Virus record (IMG/VR): IMGVR_UViG_3300001336_000012
Location: 1 to 57,722 of that record
DNA from: a virus
Lineage: Duplodnaviria > Caudoviricetes
Direction: 5' to 3' (one strand)
Length of the DNA stretch: 57,722 nucleotides
Shown here piece after piece: positions 50,022 to 57,722 of this stretch; the first letter of the stretch is position 1, and each line of letters begins with the position of its first letter. A program made the position numbers and the translations under genes. The notes beneath the pieces are model-generated. The model worked only from the letters and a program-made list of their open reading frames with translations. It made no database searches and was not told where the DNA came from.

Positions 50022-50059
50022 GATTAAAACACGCGAAACACATATTATATAGTGTAAGG
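50022..50059 (+). promoter_or_regulatory. Neck-gene promoter, copy 2
   Basis: 27 bp identical to 14933-14959. Confidence 0.7.
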
Positions 50060-50074
50060 AAGGCTTGAAAAAAG

Positions 50075-50480
50075 CCTTTGCATAAGTAATGCATTGTCCA
50101 TTAAATAGGTAAGTTAAAAATATATGCATATGTTCTGGCGTGTGTATATATAATTAACAAAGAAACTCCGGAATTCGTTCACGTTGTTCACGGAATCCAG
50201 AGGTAGAAGATCACTGGAGCACTCCTAGACTTTCGCTAAGTGATCCAGTGATCTTAGTCAACTATTATTTTAAGTGTTGCATTGCTTAATAAATACCAGA
50301 TAAGTTACCAGTATATATTGTAATTCCTATTAGCAATGTATACAAGTAACAAACAAATTCGAATACGCGGCCACGGCTCAGCGAGTTCGAATTTCATCAG
50401 GAGCACTCCTAGACTTTCGCTAAGTGATCCTGATGAAAACAGTCAATGAAAAGACAGACAATGCATTACTTATGCAAAGG
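50075..50480 (+). ncRNA. Large structured non-coding element closed by a 24-bp inverted repeat
   Basis: 50075-50098 is the exact reverse complement of 50457-50480; at least six internal hairpins, some with G-U pairs on +. Confidence 0.7.
50216..50430 (+). repeat. 31-bp direct repeat x2 (50216-50246, 50400-50430)
   Basis: ggagcactcctagactttcgctaagtgatcc, identical copies. Confidence 0.95.
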
Positions 50481-50490
50481 AGTGAGATTT

Positions 50491-51105
50491 ATGGCGTTAA
50501 GACAAGCAAAAATATTACCTACATTAGAAGAGAAGCGCTATATTACATTGCAGTTTTTAGAAGCTGCTTATGTATCCGGCAGCGAAGTTAATATTAGACA
50601 AGTTGAAGGATACGGCCTTACAAATCTTTCAGGTGAGCGATTTACATATATGCCACCTGTAAATACTTATGTCATCTTTGATGAAAGACCAAAGCCTTGG
50701 TTATTACAAAAGTATGGCTGGTTTAGAGAAAATGCAGAGATTATTCCAATCGTTGCATATCTACCAACACATTTACTTTATGACAAAGTAACAAACGAAG
50801 TTGTCAATGAAGTATTACTGGACGGTAATCAAACACAGGATTTAGTTAAAAATAATGAATCTACAGATTATATTTTAAAAGATCTTAAGATTACTCGTGG
50901 TGCATTAATTGACATATATTATGACTTTAACCCAGAAAAGAAAAATACATTTTATGTAGCAGACGTTAAAACAGATCTTGTCTCTATTAATTATGTAGCA
51001 AACTTAGTACCATATAAAAATGATAAACCTTCTGAAACACCTGATGATGCAAACAAAGCAAATCAAGCACACTTGAATATTAAAACAGAAGACATGGGAT
51101 TCTAA
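50491..51105 (+). CDS. Neck/head-closure protein (T4 gp14-like, tentative)
   Basis: EAAYVSGSEV...LQKYGW pattern; near portal; AAGGAG RBS favours ATG 50491. Confidence 0.5.
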   Translation: MALRQAKILPTLEEKRYITLQFLEAAYVSGSEVNIRQVEGYGLTNLSGERFTYMPPVNTYVIFDERPKPWLLQKYGWFRENAEIIPIVAYLPTHLLYDKVTNEVVNEVLLDGNQTQDLVKNNESTDYILKDLKITRGALIDIYYDFNPEKKNTFYVADVKTDLVSINYVANLVPYKNDKPSETPDDANKANQAHLNIKTEDMGF

Positions 51106-51107
51106 CT

Positions 51108-51254
51108 ATGAAACTGTACCTAGAAAATAATATATATTATTTAGGTAACTGTATACAAATTGATGATGAGGGTGACTACTTTGGCTTTGACGCAACAGAC
51201 TTTGCCCAAGCAGAAGAAAGAGCACTTGAAAATGACATCTTTATTGATGAATAA
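51108..51254 (+). CDS. Small acidic ORF (48 aa), not in ORF track
   Basis: MKLYLENNIYY...DIFIDE; followed by an overlapping 29-aa ORF 51247..51336. Confidence 0.4.
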   Translation: MKLYLENNIYYLGNCIQIDDEGDYFGFDATDFAQAEERALENDIFIDE

Positions 51255-51341
51255 ATTATTAAATGTTTCATGGGCGTATGATATAAAAACAGATATTCAT
51301 TACATATATGATGGCATAGTAGAAGAGGGATTCTAACTATT

Positions 51342-52136
51342 ATGACAGAAGAATTAAAAAAGCTAATAAAAACAAGAATAGGTTATAGAAACGAAAATGT
51401 TAGTCATTCAGGTAAAATGTTACCAGCAAAGAAAATATTACAATATGAGTACGAAGAATTAGGAAATGAAGACATACTTGACACCTTATACTCTCAAGAA
51501 TTCATAGACGAACCGACCTATGAAAAAGCAATACTTTTCATAGACGAGCTAAACAAAATATATGAAAAAGAATTGTATGGACTGTGGTTGTGCTCTTCAA
51601 TAAAAGATGTTAAAGAAAACTACCCAGATAATTATGAAGATTATACTATAAGTGAAGTAGCAGTATACAAAATACCAAAAGAATATGTTGTTTTATCTGA
51701 TTTAGGTAGTCAAGGTATTTTAATTCTATCCGATAAAGACTCATTTAATAATGGGTATATTAAATCAATAGATGGTGCATATCTATATGACGAAAAAAAC
51801 ACAGACTATTATAGATTAGAATTAAAAGATGACCTTAATAATAACTTAGGTAAATTCTTTAATCCAATCTGGGAATTGATTTATTCAGACGAAGAAAACG
51901 AAGACTTAGAAGAATTAGAAGATTTAGTTATTGAATTACAAAATAAACATGCAGTTGTTGACAAATGGTTTAATGATGTTAAATTTGCATTCACTAAAAA
52001 CTTCTTTGATGAAAATAAAGAATTAATAAATGAAATTTCAAACATTATTGATAGCTTTGGTTGGAAACTTGCTATAACTAAAGTTTCTCCCAAAAACATT
52101 ATCTATACGGACAATGACCAAATAGCCTATAAATAA
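51342..52136 (+). CDS. Acidic hypothetical protein
   Basis: 264-aa ORF; SDLGSQGIL motif. Confidence 0.65.
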   Translation: MTEELKKLIKTRIGYRNENVSHSGKMLPAKKILQYEYEELGNEDILDTLYSQEFIDEPTYEKAILFIDELNKIYEKELYGLWLCSSIKDVKENYPDNYEDYTISEVAVYKIPKEYVVLSDLGSQGILILSDKDSFNNGYIKSIDGAYLYDEKNTDYYRLELKDDLNNNLGKFFNPIWELIYSDEENEDLEELEDLVIELQNKHAVVDKWFNDVKFAFTKNFFDENKELINEISNIIDSFGWKLAITKVSPKNIIYTDNDQIAYK

Positions 52137-52196
52137 AATAATTAAACCTTAAACTATTACCAATATATAGAAATATAAATATAAAGGAGGTTGGCT

Positions 52197-54551
52197 ATGG
52201 CAAACCCAATTACAGAGCTTTTCAGACGCAATAGGACAGTTAAGAATGAAGCTGTTACTGAAAGCCCTGCGCAAGAAAATGAGCAAGGAAACATTGCAAA
52301 CCTATATACAAGCAATAAGACGCTTATTTCTGGTACTGATGTTACAAATAGTAGTGAAGCAAAGCTTGTTTCTCTATATCGGCAAATGGACAACGATGCA
52401 ATTATTTCTGCAGCCCTTGATCTTTATGCAGATAATGCAACGCAAGTAAACCAAAAGACTGGCCATGTGGTTGCAATAGAGTCAACAGATAAAAACTTTC
52501 AAGATGAGATTAATGAATTCTTATGGAAGATTGTTAAGATTGATGATGAAGCATGGCAGATCGTAAGAGACATTGCTCGTGACGGTAAAATCTTTTTAGA
52601 CACTAAAGCATTTAATAACGGGCGTGAATGGTCATTTGTACCTGTAGAAAACCCAGCACTTGTTAAAGCACTTGTTGTTGGACAGAATGAAATTAAATAC
52701 TTTGTTGTCTCACCTGAGGTAGACGAAGAAGAAAACACGGTAGTATCTAAATCGTTTACCTATATGTATAATAAACAGCAAGATCCATCAGGATATCAAG
52801 TAGAACCTAAGGATCGATTCATTGCAGGATTTAATACGCGAGACATTATTGGTAAAATGAAAGTTGCATCTGACTCTAAGTTTAACGGCGAAGAAGTTGT
52901 TGAAGAACTTAAAATTAGATCTGGACGTTCTATCTTAGCACCTGCTGTTCAAACATGGCAAACACTTTCTGCACTTGAAGATGCACTCTATATTAACCGT
53001 CTTACTAAGTCAACCGAATTTAAGATTGTTCAAGTAGATGTCTCAGATAGTAATAACAAGCAAGCAGAACAAATTATTAACGCGGTTAAGAATAGTTTTA
53101 AAAACAGTGAATCGATTGATCAGATTACAGATAGATACCAAAACAGACAAAGCCCTATTCCAATCAACGACTTTATCTATGTACCTGTTAAAGGTGAAAA
53201 GGGTGCAGTCACTGTTACAGATGTGGGTGGATCCGTTGGTGAAATTAATATAAATGATATTGACTACTTCCGTAATAAGCTGTTTGCAGGTCTTGGTGTT
53301 CTTAAAGCATACCTTGGCTTTGAAGAAACAACCCCAGGTGGTCTTGGTGACTCTACCTTAACAAAACTCGATGAGCGCCTTGGAAGACGCGTACTGAGGC
53401 TACAACAAGTCTTAAAATCAGTTGTCCATAGTATTATTCATTATTACTGGACGCATTCAACAACTGCAAGAGCAACAGAAGCAATGCCAGACTTTAACAT
53501 TGTCCTTGGCAAAGTGTCAACAAAAGAAGAAGAAGAAAATCAAGCAAGACTTGAAACTCAAATTAATATTGCTAATTCTATTATTTCGTTGGTGCAACAA
53601 GATCAATTCCAAGAGTTTGTATCTAATGAACGTCTATTCAAATATATCTTTGAAGATGTCATTGGCATTGACACCCATGTTTTTGATAATCAACCAAATA
53701 AAGATGAAATTAGCTTAAGAGTTAAAGAGATTGAAGATCGTCTATTAACTGAAACATTTGATCATGTAAATAAAGTTAGATATAAAGAGAAAAAACATTT
53801 TGATGAGTCTAATTTTATTACAGGTCGAATTGAAAATTTAATGGGTGATGAGGCTTTTACTAAGTTAGATGAGATTCTAAATGAGCATAGTGTGATTTTA
53901 GAGGATGATTTTGGTGGAAAACGCACTTTAAGTGAAGTAATTGAATTTGACGGATTTAAAAAAGCATTTAATGAACTTACCTATGCACAGCTAAAAGATA
54001 GATCTAAATCTAAAGATCCTGCACGACTTAAAAAATCTAAAAACCTGACAGCCAAATATACAGGCTTAGATAAAGATAATAACATTACCTTCCAAGTAAC
54101 TGCTGAAGATCCCGAAGCAAATAAAAAAGCAGGAAGACCTACATCATATACTACTAAGGTTAGACTTAAAGATTTAAAATACTTAATAGATACGAATCAA
54201 GAAGAGGGTCGCGAACTAACCGATGAAGAAATTACTAAGATGGCATTACAAGGTGACGTCGCTGTTTCATGTTCATGTCCTGCTGCTAAATGGTGGGGAC
54301 AACAGTATAAAGGTACACAAGACGACTATGCTTTAGATAAGAATGACATTGCACCAACAGTAAGAATTCCTACACAACCATTATGTAAACATACGATTTT
54401 AACACTTACCGTCTTGCCCTTCTGGTACAATACCATTGTCCGTGATTTAAGAAGCAAAGGGTTGATTGAGCCTAAAGGAAAAAAAGTAGTTAAAAATAAA
54501 GAAGTTAAAGATGATGAAGTTAAAAATGATGAACAGGAGAATGAAGCATGA
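52197..54551 (+). CDS. Portal protein (T4 gp20-like) with C-terminal SWIM-like zinc finger extension
   Basis: YRQMDNDAIISAALDLYAD, LEDALYINRL, DIDYFRNKLFAGLGV; C-terminal CSCP...LCKH. Confidence 0.85.
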   Translation: MANPITELFRRNRTVKNEAVTESPAQENEQGNIANLYTSNKTLISGTDVTNSSEAKLVSLYRQMDNDAIISAALDLYADNATQVNQKTGHVVAIESTDKNFQDEINEFLWKIVKIDDEAWQIVRDIARDGKIFLDTKAFNNGREWSFVPVENPALVKALVVGQNEIKYFVVSPEVDEEENTVVSKSFTYMYNKQQDPSGYQVEPKDRFIAGFNTRDIIGKMKVASDSKFNGEEVVEELKIRSGRSILAPAVQTWQTLSALEDALYINRLTKSTEFKIVQVDVSDSNNKQAEQIINAVKNSFKNSESIDQITDRYQNRQSPIPINDFIYVPVKGEKGAVTVTDVGGSVGEININDIDYFRNKLFAGLGVLKAYLGFEETTPGGLGDSTLTKLDERLGRRVLRLQQVLKSVVHSIIHYYWTHSTTARATEAMPDFNIVLGKVSTKEEEENQARLETQINIANSIISLVQQDQFQEFVSNERLFKYIFEDVIGIDTHVFDNQPNKDEISLRVKEIEDRLLTETFDHVNKVRYKEKKHFDESNFITGRIENLMGDEAFTKLDEILNEHSVILEDDFGGKRTLSEVIEFDGFKKAFNELTYAQLKDRSKSKDPARLKKSKNLTAKYTGLDKDNNITFQVTAEDPEANKKAGRPTSYTTKVRLKDLKYLIDTNQEEGRELTDEEITKMALQGDVAVSCSCPAAKWWGQQYKGTQDDYALDKNDIAPTVRIPTQPLCKHTILTLTVLPFWYNTIVRDLRSKGLIEPKGKKVVKNKEVKDDEVKNDEQENEA

Positions 54552-56344
54552 AACATTTAAAAAATTTAGTCAATGAATCAATGTCCCTTACCGTATTTGA
54601 AATGCTTAACATGTTGCAAGGCTTTTTGCAAGAAAAGTATGGCATTAAGACATTTGGTGCAAAAAGAGATAATGGTTTTATTATGTACATGTCTAAGTAT
54701 GTAACAGATGAAGGTGAAGATAAAGATCTTTCTGAAGCAATTAAGGCATTTGTTGAAAAAGAATGCAGTTTAGAAAATGTCACAGTCCACAAAGATAAGT
54801 ATGGCTATCATATTGAATTTGGTCATAATAAACAAAGTGCTAAGCTTGTTGAAACAACACAAGCACAGGGTACAGGCATGGCTGATGCAAAAGTAACATA
54901 TAAGTGTGCATTTTGTGATGAAGAGCATGAAGGCTTTGGTAATGATCCTTGGCCTGTAGATATGCACTTAGAACATCGTGTTTGTGACAATTGCAATAGT
55001 GAAATTGTTATTCCAGCAAGACTTGAAATGCTTAAAAATAAAAATCGCAATGAAGCAACAGACAGAAAAGATGTCGAAGCCTCTGCATCTAACACCGTCC
55101 TTGATAACAAATTTACTTGGCTCTTTAATGTCTTGGATAAAAATGGTAATGATCTTGAAGAAGGCATTGAATATTTACAAGATGCCATCGACTTGCTCAT
55201 TAAAGATGATGCCGCATTCTTAGTGGCGTTTCCATACATTGATCCAAAACCCAATGATCCAAATGTAGAACTTGTCTTTGCAGATAATCCAGGTCCAGTT
55301 GTCATTTATAACAATGAAGAAGCCACGGTTGCAAAAGGAAGCTTAGAAAGACCTACCAGTGAAACACAACCAAAAGATCAAGAAGAAGCACCCGAAGAAA
55401 CAGAAGAGGAACAAGTAGAAGAAGCAATGACAGAAGATAAAGACAAAGAAAGAAGAATTAAAAGACAGATGGCAGATCTTAGAGATAAAAATAAAGAAAT
55501 TAACAAAGGTCGCATGACAGGCAGCGTTCACAAAAATAAAAAACGCATTGAAGAATTAGAAAATCAGCTTAGAAGATTAAGAATGCAAAAAGGTTCAATG
55601 ACAGAAGCTGCAAGTGAAGATGACTACTACTTACTTGTTTATCAAGGATATGATGGTATGGCAGGTCCTATTTATAAAGATGAATTCAGTACTACTTACT
55701 TTGAAGACATTAACGGACAGCACCCATATTCTGAAAGAGCAGCAATTGCAATTCTTTCACCTAAGAATGATCCAGATGGTGAACCCAACTATGTTTTAAA
55801 TAGAGATAGTTATGAATTTGCAGATGCAGGGTATGCAGAAGCCGTACTTGATCAGTATGTTGTAAAAGTTCATGACATTGTTCTTCCAGGCATTAAGGTT
55901 GATGGCAATGATGAATTTACATTTACAACTAAAGACATTGCAGGCATTAAATTCCAAGTTGAGCAAGAGATTGTTCAACGCTATGGTGTTTCAATGGACG
56001 ACATTGAATCATATGAATGGGAAGTGGATCGCCGTGAAGAACTTTTAGAATCTATGAATGACGATGATGAATATGTTGTTAACATTGACTTACTCAATGA
56101 ATTCTATCAAACATATACCGATGACGATGTAGAACCATTAACCGCAATTAGAAGACTAAAGAATGACATAGAAGAAATGTTATTTGAAAATGATCTTTAT
56201 ATGGGATTTGAGTATGTTGGACAAAGAAGTGTCGACCTGCAATCCTCTGTTGAAGATCGTAGAACTTGCCAAAGAGCAAAACAACTTATCGAATCTTTCT
56301 ATGGTGATATAATGGAAGTCACTGTCACAAGACGTCCCTTTTAA
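54548..56344 (+). CDS. Multi-module acidic protein (possible internal head protein)
   Basis: Zinc ribbon CAFC...GNDPWP...VCDNCN, coiled coil, repeated x-x-E-A/S linkers. Confidence 0.6.
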   Translation: MKHLKNLVNESMSLTVFEMLNMLQGFLQEKYGIKTFGAKRDNGFIMYMSKYVTDEGEDKDLSEAIKAFVEKECSLENVTVHKDKYGYHIEFGHNKQSAKLVETTQAQGTGMADAKVTYKCAFCDEEHEGFGNDPWPVDMHLEHRVCDNCNSEIVIPARLEMLKNKNRNEATDRKDVEASASNTVLDNKFTWLFNVLDKNGNDLEEGIEYLQDAIDLLIKDDAAFLVAFPYIDPKPNDPNVELVFADNPGPVVIYNNEEATVAKGSLERPTSETQPKDQEEAPEETEEEQVEEAMTEDKDKERRIKRQMADLRDKNKEINKGRMTGSVHKNKKRIEELENQLRRLRMQKGSMTEAASEDDYYLLVYQGYDGMAGPIYKDEFSTTYFEDINGQHPYSERAAIAILSPKNDPDGEPNYVLNRDSYEFADAGYAEAVLDQYVVKVHDIVLPGIKVDGNDEFTFTTKDIAGIKFQVEQEIVQRYGVSMDDIESYEWEVDRREELLESMNDDDEYVVNIDLLNEFYQTYTDDDVEPLTAIRRLKNDIEEMLFENDLYMGFEYVGQRSVDLQSSVEDRRTCQRAKQLIESFYGDIMEVTVTRRPF

Positions 56345-56394
56345 GTAATAAGCTATAATTAAAAAAAGAAAAATAAATAAGGAGTGTAAATTAT

Positions 56395-56646
56395 ATGGCA
56401 CTTAATGAATTTCCTGTTGTTCCTTTAACAGGTGCATCAGATGAAACAGTAAGAGTTAATAAGCATACAATTATTGATGTTCGTGTTATCAATGTTGGTA
56501 GAACACAAGCACAAAATGAAAACTGGTATATTCAAGTAAACATGCTTGCTGGTAAATATTATATGTTACAAGATGGCTCTGCACCTTATGCAAGTAGACA
56601 AGATGCAATTGATGCAAGAGATGCTTTCTTAGACACATTTAGTTAA
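56395..56646 (+). CDS. Hypothetical (probable virion) protein
   Basis: AAGGAG RBS. Confidence 0.6.
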   Translation: MALNEFPVVPLTGASDETVRVNKHTIIDVRVINVGRTQAQNENWYIQVNMLAGKYYMLQDGSAPYASRQDAIDARDAFLDTFS

Positions 56647-56648
56647 TT

Positions 56649-56948
56649 ATGAATGGTGCAATATTAAATAGAAACAAAAAAGCATTTTGGGCAGGCCTTG
56701 TCAATATACTAGATGGCTACATTGAAGAAGTACATGACTATGTAGATGCTGAAAATGCTGAGTTTCATCACTCATACTATTTTTCACCCAGAGCATTGAG
56801 ACGCTTAGAAGAACAAGAAGGCATTATTTTCTTTGTCTTTGATGATGGTGATATTCAAATCTGGGAAGATCATGAGTCACCTCAATTAACTAATAAAGAA
56901 AAAGAAGCATTGACAGATGCAATAAAAGAACAAATTACATTAATTTAA
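56649..56948 (+). CDS. Hypothetical protein
   Basis: Tight packing. Confidence 0.6.
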   Translation: MNGAILNRNKKAFWAGLVNILDGYIEEVHDYVDAENAEFHHSYYFSPRALRRLEEQEGIIFFVFDDGDIQIWEDHESPQLTNKEKEALTDAIKEQITLI

Positions 56949-56960
56949 AGGAGTGATAGT

Positions 56961-57524
56961 ATGGCAACTGTAACCTTTGTCTCTAATAGAGGCACAGAAG
57001 TTACATCCCAAGAAGTTACTGTTGGTCAGCTAGTCACTGAACCCAATGTCACAAAGACAAACTATGTATTGTTAGGCTGGTACACAGATGCCAGCTTTAA
57101 CAATAAATGGAACTTTGCAACTGAGACAGTAACAGGCAATATGACATTGTATGCTAAATGGCGTCTTACCATTGCAGCAAGACTAAAACAATTGTTCATT
57201 GGCCTTAAAGATGAAATTGATACTAAGATACCGCTTGCTGAAAAAGGTCAAGCATTAGGTGTTGCAACACTTGATGCAAATGGTCTTGTACCTGTTGAAC
57301 AAATTAATGACACTTTTAATGAGGTACTGCAATTTCAGACAAAAGCCTCTTTTCCAGCAACAGGTGAAGAAGGAAAATTATACATTGCATTAGATACACA
57401 AAAACTATATCGATGGAAGTTAAGTGATACTAAATATAAAGTTGTCTCTAATCAAACATATTTACAAATAACACCACCAAGTGATATGATTGAAGGCGAC
57501 ATCTGGTTTCAAGAAAAACAATAA
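56961..57524 (+). CDS. Virion protein with Listeria-Bacteroides (InlB B/Flg_new) repeat
   Basis: VTFVSNRG...TKTNYVLLGWYTD...WNF....VTGNMTLYAKW; GVATLDANG.VP; FPATGEEGKLY; GDIWF. Confidence 0.8.
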   Translation: MATVTFVSNRGTEVTSQEVTVGQLVTEPNVTKTNYVLLGWYTDASFNNKWNFATETVTGNMTLYAKWRLTIAARLKQLFIGLKDEIDTKIPLAEKGQALGVATLDANGLVPVEQINDTFNEVLQFQTKASFPATGEEGKLYIALDTQKLYRWKLSDTKYKVVSNQTYLQITPPSDMIEGDIWFQEKQ

Positions 57525-57558
57525 AGTTTATATCTCATAGTAAAGGAGATGGCAGGTT

Positions 57559-57722
57559 ATGGCGACAAAGGCAAAATTAAAAAGATATAATGATGGCACC
57601 TGGGAAGAATATTATCCAGAAACATCTGCAGATCAAGTCACTGGGTTAGAACAGCTGATTAACTCATTGATCGATGAAAACACAATTGAATTTACTGCAA
57701 CCATACCTGCAAATGAATGGGA
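57559..57722 (+). CDS. 5' part of a truncated fibre-like protein
   Basis: MATKAKLKRYNDGTWEEYYPETSADQV, runs off the window. Confidence 0.55.
   Translation, partial: MATKAKLKRYNDGTWEEYYPETSADQVTGLEQLINSLIDENTIEFTATIPANEW

Noticed and set aside
50216-50430. CRISPR mini-array from the 31-bp repeat
   Set aside because: Only two copies, the 153-nt spacer is itself structured, and no cas genes are present; the nuclease at 13161 lacks Cas4 Fe-S cysteines
50430-50456. Hammerhead ribozyme (CUGAUGA...GAAA)
   Set aside because: No stem II between the motifs, and CUGAUGA is paired in the hairpin stem
50075-50480. Retron msr-msd (a1/a2-like clamp) or self-splicing intron
   Set aside because: No reverse transcriptase in the window, no group I/II core motifs recognised, and the element does not interrupt an ORF
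50446-50490. Extended N-terminus of the neck ORF given in the track
   Set aside because: It runs through the inverted-repeat arm; the AAGGAG RBS points to ATG 50491

Overview
A 57.7-kb, low-GC segment of a large, apparently lytic contractile-tailed (myovirus-like) phage. All credible genes are on the + strand, in standard code 11 with Firmicutes-type GGAGG ribosome-binding sites; the host is probably a low-GC Bacillota or Acholeplasma-like organism (inference). Gene order: tape measure and baseplate genes, terminase large subunit, gp13-like neck gene, acidic and LRR proteins, a sigma-like gene, a ~27-kb DNA metabolism block, a gp14-like neck gene, a gp20-like portal and further virion proteins. 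Highlights: (1) a ~410-nt non-coding element at 50075-50480, closed by a perfect 24-bp inverted repeat and carrying two identical 31-nt hairpin modules; (2) a ThyA homologue with the Asn-to-Asp switch typical of dCMP-modifying enzymes, next to a dNMP kinase, suggesting a modified-cytosine genome; (3) DNA polymerase A, primase and SbcC each split into separate genes, with no inteins visible; (4) a sigma-A-type promoter driving a phage sigma-like gene, about ten TCATA-N14/15-CACTATA promoters, and a private promoter shared by the two distant neck genes; (5) further structured intergenic elements, including a C-rich anti-SD-like one and an (AAT)15 origin candidate. All protein calls come from motif recognition by eye; no database search or folding program was run.
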